Source: Dermatophilaceae bacterium
Lineage (GTDB): Bacteria; Actinomycetota; Actinomycetes; Actinomycetales; Dermatophilaceae
DNA length: 64,000 nucleotides
Assembly (NCBI GenBank): GCA_035655615.1
Contig: DASRUA010000153.1
Span: 1,541-65,540, forward strand
Direction of reading: 5' to 3'
Made by a program: the position numbers and the translations under genes. Below, one piece after another: positions 18,216 to 25,808 of the stretch. The first letter of the stretch is position 1. Each line of letters opens with the position of its first letter. Under the pieces are notes generated by a model. It saw only the letters and a list, made by a program, of their open reading frames with translations. It made no database searches and was not told the origin of the DNA.

Positions 18216-19028
18216 ATGCACTATGTAGTCAGCGACGTGCACGGGCATGCTGAGGAGCTGGTCGCCGCGCTTCGGCATGCGGCGTTGCTCGGTGTCGACT
18301 GCGCCTGGTGTGGGGGTCAGGCCCGCCTGACCTTCCTGGGCGACTACTTCGACCGTGGTCCGGATGGCATCGCGGTCGTCGATCTTGTGCGCCGGTTGCA
18401 GGACGAAGCCGGTGCTGCGGGTGGACGGGTCGATGCCCTGATCGGTAACCACGAGATCCTCGCGTTGGGCATGCGCCGCTTCGGCGCCCAGCATGTGCCG
18501 TCAGACCTTTGGAGCCGCCGTAGCTTCGCCCGCAGCTGGGCACTCAACGGGGGCCAGGTCCATGACCAACAGTGCCTTACCGACGAACACACTGAGTGGT
18601 TGTGCGGTCTCGACTCCATCATTCTGGCCGGAACTGACCTGTTGTTGCACTCCGACACCACGGACTACCTCCGTTGGGGCGATACGACAGAGCAGATCAA
18701 CGACCAGGTGCGCAAGGTGCTGGCCAACGACGACCTCGAGCAGTGGTGGCAGTGCTGGGTCCGGCTGACGAATCGCTACGCCTTCGCCGGGTTCGAGGGT
18801 GAGCAAGTTGCCACCGAGCTGCTCGACCTGATCGGTGGTGAGCGCATCGTCCACGGCCACAGTGTCATCACCACGTTCACCGGGCAGAGTCCGAGCGAGA
18901 TCACCGGTCCGCTCTCCTACGCGGGCGGCAAGGTACTGGCGATCGACGGAGGCATCTACGGGGGAGGTCCCTGTCTGGTCGTCCGCCTCGACCACGAGCC
19001 GGACATCAACCAGCAGCACCATCCCTAG
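18216..19028 (+). CDS. metallophosphoesterase (PPP-type phosphatase fold)
   Basis: 270-aa ORF with the DVHGH, GDYFDRG and GNHE motifs. Confidence 0.8.
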   Translation: MHYVVSDVHGHAEELVAALRHAALLGVDCAWCGGQARLTFLGDYFDRGPDGIAVVDLVRRLQDEAGAAGGRVDALIGNHEILALGMRRFGAQHVPSDLWSRRSFARSWALNGGQVHDQQCLTDEHTEWLCGLDSIILAGTDLLLHSDTTDYLRWGDTTEQINDQVRKVLANDDLEQWWQCWVRLTNRYAFAGFEGEQVATELLDLIGGERIVHGHSVITTFTGQSPSEITGPLSYAGGKVLAIDGGIYGGGPCLVVRLDHEPDINQQHHP

Positions 19029-19075
19029 TTTTGTCGGGAACCAGCAGCACCGCCCTTAGGTTTGTCGGGAAAGCT
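19008..19075. repeat. two units of the same ~31-bp repeat family seen at 5815-5952
   Basis: CAGCAGCACCATCCCTAGT and CAGCAGCACCGCCCTTAGGTTTGTCGGGAAA. The first unit overlaps the last codons and the stop of the phosphoesterase gene. Confidence 0.7.
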
Positions 19076-19095
19076 TTGCCTGACAGCATGGGCAG

Positions 19096-20262
19096 GTGCG
19101 CGTTCTCATTGCCCCCGACAGCTTCACCGGAACCCTCAGCGCAAGCGAGGCCGCCGAGGCGATCGCCGAGGGGTGGCGCCGCAGCGCACCCCAGGACGAC
19201 CTCACCCTGGTGCCTCTGTCCGACGGCGGACCAGGATTCCTCGACGTCTTGTCGAGGGCGCTTGGCGGGGAGACTGTCTCAGTCACGGTGGCCGACCCGC
19301 TCGGGCGTTCGGTCCCTGCCGTGATTCTCATGGCTGACGTGGGTGGCAGACGGACCGCATACATCGAGTCCGCTCAGGCTTGCGGTCTCCATCTGCTCGC
19401 GGAAGGTGAGCGCAACCCGATGGTCACCAGCACCTATGGGGTGGGGCAGCTCATCGCGGCGGCGGCGGCTGAGGGCGCCGCCCGCGTGGTGGTCGGACTC
19501 GGGGGCAGTGGGACCAATGACGGTGGAGCGGGTCTGCTTGCGGCTCTCGGAGCAGGGGACACGGACGCGCTGGCCGACGGAGGCGCGGCACTCAAGGATC
19601 TGGATGACGATGCCCTTGGGGGACTCCCCGCGGTCCGTGAACGGCTGCAGGCGATCGAACTCGTCCTGGTCACCGACGTCGACTCGCCCCTGCTCGGATT
19701 TCACGGTGCGAGTGCCGTGTTCGCGCCGCAGAAGGGCGCCACTCCCGAGATGGCCCAGCAGCTCGAGTCCGCGATGGGGCGCTTCACCGAGGTAGTGAGC
19801 AAGGTTGTCCCACCCGGGCGGGATCTGCTCACCGGCAAGGAGATGCGACTCGACCGCGAACCCGGGGCCGGCGCGGCCGGCGGGCTGGGGTACGGCCTGC
19901 TCCTGCTCGGGGGACGTCGGGTCAGCGGGGTGCAGGCTGTGCTCGACGCGGTCGGCTTCGAGTCGCTGCTGGCGGCCACCGACCTGGTCGTCACCGGTGA
20001 GGGCACGTTCGACTGGCAGAGCCTGCGCGGCAAGGTCGTCGCCGGGGTTGCGCACGCCGCCCTCGCGGGCGCCAAACCCGTGGTCGTCATCGCGGGTCAG
20101 GCGCTTGTCGGGCGTCGCGAGACGATGGCGCTCGGGATCAGCGGTACCTACGCCGTCGCGGAGAACCCTGATCAGATCGCAGCCGCCCTGACGGACCCCG
20201 CCGGCACCCTCAGTGCCCGGACCACGCGAGTGGCGACCACATGGTCGCCCCGACAAGCCTGA
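19096..20262 (+). CDS. glxK: glycerate kinase
   Basis: 388-aa ORF. The N-terminus reads VLIAPDSFTGTLSA, and GGSGTNDGGAG and VTGEGTFDWQSLRGK are typical glycerate kinase blocks. Confidence 0.87.
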   Translation: MRVLIAPDSFTGTLSASEAAEAIAEGWRRSAPQDDLTLVPLSDGGPGFLDVLSRALGGETVSVTVADPLGRSVPAVILMADVGGRRTAYIESAQACGLHLLAEGERNPMVTSTYGVGQLIAAAAAEGAARVVVGLGGSGTNDGGAGLLAALGAGDTDALADGGAALKDLDDDALGGLPAVRERLQAIELVLVTDVDSPLLGFHGASAVFAPQKGATPEMAQQLESAMGRFTEVVSKVVPPGRDLLTGKEMRLDREPGAGAAGGLGYGLLLLGGRRVSGVQAVLDAVGFESLLAATDLVVTGEGTFDWQSLRGKVVAGVAHAALAGAKPVVVIAGQALVGRRETMALGISGTYAVAENPDQIAAALTDPAGTLSARTTRVATTWSPRQA

Positions 20263-20339
20263 CGTACCCTTTCGTCCCGCCCCTTTCGTCCCGCCACGTC
20301 TGACGTACCCTTTCGTCCCGCCAAGCCTGACGTACCCTT
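20255..20339. repeat. tandem ~27-bp repeats (AAGCCTGACGTACCCTTTCGTCCCGCC)
   Basis: Full units at 20255-20281 and 20296-20322. Partial units at 20282-20295 and 20323-20339. The first unit contains the glxK stop codon. Confidence 0.8.
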
Positions 20340-20442
20340 GATGCGTTGGGAACACATCCCGGCGCCCGTGGGTTGGCACTGTTGCAGCGCCTGCTCCACG
20401 ATCACCGACAGGCATGACCACCGACATGAAGGACGCACCCAG

Positions 20443-20841
20443 ATGAGTGTTCAGGACGACACCCAGGCCCGCCTTGCGCACGCTGTTGCCGAGGAAGCCT
20501 CTGTCGAGAAACCGGCGCACGGCGTGCTGCTCACCGATGTTGCCGCAGCCAAGGTCAAGAGCCTGCTCGAGCAGGAGGGTCGCGATGACCTCCGCCTTCG
20601 AGTGGGCGTGCAGCCTGGTGGCTGCTCCGGCTTGGTCTACCAGCTCTACTTCGACGAACGCACCCTCGACGGTGACCTGGTCGTGGACTTCGGCTCCGTC
20701 GAGGTCGTCATCGACCGGATGAGTGCTCCCTATCTCGACGGGGCGTCGATCGACTTCGCCGACACCATCGAGAAGCAGGGCTTCACCATCGACAACCCCA
20801 ACGCGGGCAGCTCTTGCGCCTGCGGCGACTCGTTCAGCTGA
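20443..20841 (+). CDS. erpA: HesB/IscA-family iron-sulfur cluster insertion protein
   Basis: ATG 20443 is in frame with ORF 20338..20841. The protein carries GGCSGL and the C-terminal CACGDSF motif. Confidence 0.87.
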   Translation: MSVQDDTQARLAHAVAEEASVEKPAHGVLLTDVAAAKVKSLLEQEGRDDLRLRVGVQPGGCSGLVYQLYFDERTLDGDLVVDFGSVEVVIDRMSAPYLDGASIDFADTIEKQGFTIDNPNAGSSCACGDSFS

Positions 20842-20881
20842 CCTGACCGCAGCGGTCAAAGCCAGCAGACTCTCGGCTGAA

Positions 20882-20920
20882 GTGGCCGGCATACCCGCAT
20901 TGAGCGGGTATGCCGGCCAC
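20882..20920. terminator. 17-bp perfect-stem hairpin between convergent genes
   Basis: GTGGCCGGCATACCCGC-attga-GCGGGTATGCCGGCCAC. There is no clear U-tract on either side, so terminator function is inferred. Confidence 0.5.
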
Positions 20921-20927
20921 ATCACGC

Positions 20928-21392
20928 TCACGGGGTGGGGGTCGCCTCCCACCACTGCCATCGCGTCAGGCGTACTGCTATCACCGGTCCCGAAGGGGGG
21001 CTGCTGACATACTGCGGGTACTTGTGGGTCAGGGCTTCGATCGCGATATGTACCTGCTCTGGAGCTCCTCGGCGCAGGACCGTCCGCCGGCGCTCGTTCC
21101 CGACGGCCAGGACCCGCGCAGGGCCCTCGACACGTACCCACCACAGGGCTGACCAGTCCTCGGTGTACTCGTCCACGAGCAGGCTCGCCCGGCCCGTTGC
21201 GTCGATATTGGCCAGTCGTTGCAGCGCCACGGTGGTCTTGGGCTTGGCGTCCACCGCGGTGAAGAGGAAATCGTCAACCAGTGCGAATACCACTGGGACC
21301 AGGTGTGGTGTCCCGTGCGGCGTTACCGTGGCGAGCCGGCTCACCTGCGCTGCCGCGAACCTGCGTCGGGCCTCGTCCTCGTCCATATCCAC
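20928..21392 (-). CDS. PPOX-class (probably F420-dependent) oxidoreductase
   Basis: 154-aa ORF. RLATVTPHGTPHLVPVVFAL is the pyridoxamine-5-phosphate-oxidase-like split-barrel N-terminal pattern. It starts at GTG 21392 or ATG 21386. Confidence 0.75.
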   Translation of the reverse strand: MDMDEDEARRRFAAAQVSRLATVTPHGTPHLVPVVFALVDDFLFTAVDAKPKTTVALQRLANIDATGRASLLVDEYTEDWSALWWVRVEGPARVLAVGNERRRTVLRRGAPEQVHIAIEALTHKYPQYVSSPPSGPVIAVRLTRWQWWEATPTP

Positions 21393-21436
21393 ATTGTGCT
21401 GAACGGCGCCGAGCTATGCGATAGAAACAGGGCGCT

Positions 21437-21475
21437 ACAAGTCAGCGCGACAAGTCAGCGCGACAAGTCAGCGCG
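21437..21475. repeat. perfect 13-bp tandem repeat (ACAAGTCAGCGCG) x3
   Basis: Units at 21437, 21450 and 21463. Related CAGCTGACAC and GCGCGGTGA repeats follow, up to about 21550. Confidence 0.85.
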
Positions 21476-21550
21476 GAGTCAGCTGACACTGACTGCGGCG
21501 ACAGCTGACACGGTGACACCCTGCGCGGTGAAAGGCGCGGTGACAGCTGG

Positions 21551-21748
21551 CTACGCGCCGTAGGCCGCGAGCCCGTCGATCAGGGCGGAGGCATCGTCCG
21601 GGACATCGATCGGACCAAAGGTGGCCGCGGTCCGCGGCCGGGGACTCTCCACATCCACCTGGATCTCCCGGCCGTCCTGTACAAGCTCGGCCAGGCTGCC
21701 TTCGTCAAGGCCCTCTCGGGGACCGGGAAAGTACATAGGAGTGGTCAT
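21551..21748 (-). CDS. small hypothetical protein (weak call)
   Basis: 65-aa ORF next to the IS element. It has no convincing SD and no recognisable motif. Confidence 0.3.
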   Translation of the reverse strand: MTTPMYFPGPREGLDEGSLAELVQDGREIQVDVESPRPRTAATFGPIDVPDDASALIDGLAAYGA

Positions 21749-21851
21749 GCGGTCACTCTATTTCGCTGGTTCCCTGCGTGCCAGGGTGAGTTGAGGCCAA
21801 CGGTTCATAGCAAGTCCGTCCTACGCAGGGCGAGATTCGGATAGATTCCTG

Positions 21852-22286
21852 ATGAGTTTTTCAACTCTTACACCTGTACCCCACGATGGTCGGATGGATC
21901 CTTCACAACCACGCTTTGGTGGCCCTACCCGTCGGCGGTCGTTCACGCCGGCGCAGAAACTGGACCACGTGGCCGCCTACGAGGCGGCGCTCACCGGGGG
22001 CGGTGGTGGGGCGTACCTGTGCCAGGAGGGCTTGTATTCCTCCCAGATCACCGAGTGGCGAAGGCTGCGTGACGCCGGCGTCCTGGCGGGTAAGCCGGCC
22101 GGCGCCAAGATCGGGCGTCCCACCGCTGAGCAGGCCGAGATCGCCCGGCTACGCCGACAGCTGGACCTGGCCCAGCGCCGCCTGAGCAGGACCGAGGCGG
22201 CCTTGGACATCATGGGAAAAACACACGCGCTCCTGGAGGAGATCTCCAAGAGCGCGCCAGATCAGGCCGCACCCAAGAAGCGTTGA
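21852..22286 (+). CDS. IS3-family transposase OrfA (HTH)
   Basis: 144-aa ORF with a helix-turn-helix region followed by a leucine-zipper-like region (RLRRQLDLAQRRLSRTEAALDIMGK), as in IS3 OrfA proteins. Confidence 0.75.
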   Translation: MSFSTLTPVPHDGRMDPSQPRFGGPTRRRSFTPAQKLDHVAAYEAALTGGGGGAYLCQEGLYSSQITEWRRLRDAGVLAGKPAGAKIGRPTAEQAEIARLRRQLDLAQRRLSRTEAALDIMGKTHALLEEISKSAPDQAAPKKR

Positions 22287-23686
22287 TGGCCACCTACCGG
22301 GACCTGCGGGCCGAGGGAATCACGACCAGGGCGGCGGCGTTGACCGGCCTGTCCCGCGCAACAGCCGGCAGGAAGCCGGTGACGCCGCTTCGGGCGACCC
22401 GGGTGGTGCCGGCGAACAGGCTCAGCCCCACCGAGCGGAAACGGGTGGTCACGACGCTGGACTCGGCGCGCTTCGTGGACCAGCCGCCGTTGCAGGTCTA
22501 CGCCCAGCTTCTGGACGAGGACACGTACCTGTGCTCGGTTTCGTCGATGTACCGGATCCTGGGTGAGCACAGCCAGGTGCGCGAGCGGCGGCGGCTGGCC
22601 CGCCACCCGGCCCGGGTCCGTCCCGAGCTGGTCGCGACCGGCCCAGGGCAGGTCTTCTCGTGTTATGCCGATATCGGGATTATGCCGATGTAGGTGGTGT
22701 CGTCGCTGCTCAGGGCTGTGACGGTGGTTGTGAGGTCGGCATAATCCGACGGCGTCGAGAGGCGACTTTGCTACTGCGCGACCCATCGCGCCCAGCGGAC
22801 GCAGCCGCGCGCGCCCTACGTCCAGACACTGCAAATATCTCCAGAAACGCAGCTGTACAAGGGTTTCCGTCGGTCTTTCGCATCGCCGCTAGTTGTCACG
22901 ATAACCGAGGACCCTGCGTCGATGTCACACGGCGCGCATCGCAGGGTTCCGGTTGAGGTGGCGGATTATGCGGACCTCCTTGATCCGAAATCCTTACACT
23001 GCACGCAAATGCGCGTCCAAGTCGGCATAATCCCGATATCGGCATAACACGAGCTATGCCGACGTCGGCATAAGAGCTGGGATATCACCAAGCTCGCCGG
23101 GCCGGTCAAGGGCAAGTACTTCGACGCGTACGTGATGATCGACATCTACTCCCGTTACATCGTCGGAGCCGTCGTCCACGCCCACGAGTCGGGCCCGTTG
23201 GCGGTGGAGATGATGAAGGAGATCTTCGGTATCCACGGGATCCCGCAGGTCGTCCACGCCGACCGTGGCACGTCGATGACCTCCAAGACCGTCGCAACGC
23301 TGCTGTCGGACTTGGAGGTCACGAGGTCACACTCACGCCCGAAAGTCTCGAACGACAATCCCTACAGCGGGGCCTGGTTCAAGACCCTGAAGTACGCCCC
23401 GACCTTCCCGGAACGTTTTGGCTGCCTGGCGGATGCTCGAGGCTTCCTGGCCGATTTTGTTCAGTGGTACAACCACGAACACAAGCATTCCGGCATTGGC
23501 CTTCACAGCCCAGCCGACGTCCACTACGGCCTGGCAGCAGCCAAGGCCACCGACCGGGCGGCCACCCTGACCATCGCCCGAGCGGCCAACCCCGAACGCT
23601 TCAGCAGTTCGACCCCACCCAAAATCCTTCATCTTCCAGGCTCGGCCTGGATCAACCCGCCACTACCGGTTCAACCAGCCGCTTAA
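22283..23686 (+). pseudogene. IS3-family transposase OrfB (DDE/rve integrase), split by a 417-bp insertion
   Basis: The N-terminal part (22283..22660) ends at GPGQVFS. The C-terminal part resumes in the same frame at 23078 with WDITKLAGPVKGKYF...DIYSRYIVG...HADRGTSMTS...NDNPYS (DDE motifs). In-frame stops lie inside the insert. Confidence 0.8.
22661..23077. mobile_element. MITE-like non-autonomous insertion with 28-bp perfect terminal inverted repeats
   Basis: The left TIR TGTTATGCCGATATCGGGATTATGCCGA (22661-22688) is the exact reverse complement of 23022-23049. Subterminal copies of the same 9-mer are present. A 20-bp near-palindrome lies at 23054-23074. There is no plausible ORF. Confidence 0.6.
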
Positions 23687-23826
23687 CTCCCTTTGGCCTC
23701 AACCGCCTTGACAAATACCGGTTCAGCAGGGGAAACGGGTACCACCGGGTAACACTGACCAGTAATAATGGCAGCGTTTCAGGGGTTGTGAAGTTCATGC
23801 CCGCCGCCACGGGGTAAGTTGCCGGG

Positions 23827-24813
23827 GTGCGTATCGCTCTCACCGGATCCATTGCCACTGACCACCTGATGACCTACAAGGGCCGGTTTGCCGACTCCCT
23901 GGTCGTTGACCAGCTGGACAAGATCGCCCTGTCCTTCCTGGTCGAGGACCTCGAGATACATCGCGGCGGGGTTGCCGCCAACATTGCGTTTGGCATGGCC
24001 AACCTCGGTCAGGCTCCAATTCTGGTCGGAGCCGCAGGGGAGGACTTCTCGGACTACCGGTCGTGGTTGGAGCGTCACGGCGTCGACTGTGAATCCGTTC
24101 GCATCTCCGAGACCCGCCATACCGCACGTTTCGTCTGTACGACCGACGACCACATGGCTCAGATTGCCACGTTCTATGCGGGCGCCATGAGCGAGGCCCG
24201 CGAGATCGAGCTGGGCCCGGTTTCAGCCCGGGTCGGCGGACTGGATCTTGCGGTCATCAGCTCCAACGACCCCGAGGCCATGCTGCGTCACACGGAGGAG
24301 TGCCGGACCCGCAAGATCCCGTTCGCCGCTGACCCGTCCCAGCAGCTGGCCTTCATGGATGGCGAGTCGATCCGTGAGCTGATCGACGGCGCGACCTTCC
24401 TGTTCACCAACGAGTACGAAGCGGCGCTCACTGAGCAGAAGACTGGTTGGAGCAGGGACGAGATCGCCGATCGTGTCCAGACGCGGGTCATCACCAAGGG
24501 CAAGAACGGTGTGCTCATAGCCGCCCGCGGCGAAAGCCCGATCGAGGTCACGATCGCCAATGAGGTGCGCAAGGCTGACCCGACCGGGGTGGGCGACGCT
24601 TTTCGCGCCGGCTTCCTCACCGGTCTGGCCTGGGGGCTGGCTCACGAACGTTCGGCGCAGGTCGGCTCGATGCTGGCGACTTATGTCGTGGAGACAGTTG
24701 GCACGCAGGAGTACGAGCTGGGCCGCCGGCGGTTCCTCGAGCGGTTCACGCAGGCCTACGGCGTGCAGGCCTGCTCAGAGATCGAGCCCCACCTCACCTG
24801 CCCGCGCCCCTGA
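23827..24813 (+). CDS. adoK: PfkB-family carbohydrate kinase, adenosine kinase-like
   Basis: 328-aa ORF. The N-terminus LTGSIATDHLM, HRGGVAANIAFG and DPTGVGDAFRAGFLTG closely follow my recollection of M. tuberculosis AdoK. Confidence 0.8.
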   Translation: MRIALTGSIATDHLMTYKGRFADSLVVDQLDKIALSFLVEDLEIHRGGVAANIAFGMANLGQAPILVGAAGEDFSDYRSWLERHGVDCESVRISETRHTARFVCTTDDHMAQIATFYAGAMSEAREIELGPVSARVGGLDLAVISSNDPEAMLRHTEECRTRKIPFAADPSQQLAFMDGESIRELIDGATFLFTNEYEAALTEQKTGWSRDEIADRVQTRVITKGKNGVLIAARGESPIEVTIANEVRKADPTGVGDAFRAGFLTGLAWGLAHERSAQVGSMLATYVVETVGTQEYELGRRRFLERFTQAYGVQACSEIEPHLTCPRP

Positions 24814-24831
24814 CCTGTTGACCTGATCCGG

Positions 24832-25509
24832 ATGCCGATCGAGCCTCCGCCCTCGCGCTGGCAGCTGGACCTCGACCAGGCCACACCGCAGGACGACCTG
24901 GTGGGCATCGGCGCCGATCTTGAGCCCGGCACGGTGCTCATGGCCTACCGCGCCGGGTTGTTCCCGATGGGGCTTGGTGATGGAGGCAGCGCACCGACAG
25001 GGTGGTGGTCGCCGGACCCGCGTGGCGTGTTGTTGCCCGGCCACGTCATGATCAGCCGTTCCCTGCGGAGGTCGCTGCGTCATTTCGACATCCGCGTCGA
25101 CACCGCCTTTTCGGAAGTCATGGCGGGCTGTGCAGACCCCTCCAGGGAGGGATCCTGGATCACGCCGGCGATCACCACGGCATACACGCGCCTGCATGAG
25201 CTCGGATGGGCGCACTCGGTCGAGGCGTGGCGTGACGGTGAGCTGCTCGGTGGCCTGTACGGACTGGCCCTCGGTGGGCTGTTCGCGGGGGAGTCGATGT
25301 TCCATCGCGCGACCGACGCGTCCAAGTGCGCGCTGGTCGGGCTGGCAGATCTGGTTTTCGCGGACGGGGACCCACGACGGATGATCGACGTCCAGTGGGC
25401 CACCCCACATCTTGCGAGCCTTGGGATCACCGAGATCCCGCGCACTGACTACATCGCACGGCTCGAGCGTTCCCTCCCGCTGCCGGTTCCGCCGGCCTTC
25501 GATCGCTGA
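24832..25509 (+). CDS. aat: leucyl/phenylalanyl-tRNA--protein transferase
   Basis: 225-aa ORF. WWSPDPRGVL, SWITPAITTAYTRLHELGWAHSVE and GESMFH match the Aat family pattern. Confidence 0.87.
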   Translation: MPIEPPPSRWQLDLDQATPQDDLVGIGADLEPGTVLMAYRAGLFPMGLGDGGSAPTGWWSPDPRGVLLPGHVMISRSLRRSLRHFDIRVDTAFSEVMAGCADPSREGSWITPAITTAYTRLHELGWAHSVEAWRDGELLGGLYGLALGGLFAGESMFHRATDASKCALVGLADLVFADGDPRRMIDVQWATPHLASLGITEIPRTDYIARLERSLPLPVPPAFDR

Positions 25510-25808
25510 GGCGGGGTGAGAACGACGAAGCGCAGGTATGCCGGGTGGACACCTTCCGCCGGCGGGCCGCCCGTCCCGGACGAGTCGGTGACGTCGGGCA
25601 GCTCGGTCATCTCGCGAAGCTCGTGGCCCCGCATCCGGCACCAGGCCGGGATGTCGTAACGAGCCGCCGGGTCACTTGCCAGCACGACGATCCAGGTGCC
25701 GGCCGGCGCGTCCCGGGCGGCCGCAGCGAGGCGAATCACCGGCAGCGGGCAGCGTAGCCCGCGCGCGTCGACCTCGATCGGGTCCACAAGGTCTGAGGCC
25801 GGGCTCAC
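25449..25808 (-). CDS. TusA-family sulfurtransferase
   Basis: 119-aa ORF with the active-site motif RGLRCPLPV. A long C-terminal tail overlaps the aat 3' end on the opposite strand. The start overlaps the stop of the desulfurase gene. Confidence 0.72.
   Translation of the reverse strand: MSPASDLVDPIEVDARGLRCPLPVIRLAAAARDAPAGTWIVVLASDPAARYDIPAWCRMRGHELREMTELPDVTDSSGTGGPPAEGVHPAYLRFVVLTPPQRSKAGGTGSGRERSSRAM

Larger units (their letters stand above)
21779..23713 (+). mobile_element. IS3-family insertion sequence, inactivated
   Basis: Imperfect ~25-bp terminal inverted repeats: TGCCAGGGTGAGTTGAGGCCAACGG on the left, and TGTCAAGGCGGTTGAGGCCAAAGG as the reverse complement on the right. The orfA/orfB arrangement has an ATGA overlap. 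orfB is interrupted. Confidence 0.75.

Noticed and set aside
22660-22956. 98-aa ORF inside the MITE-like insertion, a possible passenger gene.
   Set aside because: It starts within the terminal inverted repeat and has no SD. Its composition is Arg/Ala-rich and it has no motif. It is most likely non-coding.
25449-25509. 61-bp convergent overlap between the aat 3' end and the long C-terminal tail of the TusA-like ORF.
   Set aside because: It is real in the sequence, since the positions of both stop codons are fixed. The TusA tail is low-complexity and probably non-functional read-on. I see no evidence for a regulatory role, so I note it only.
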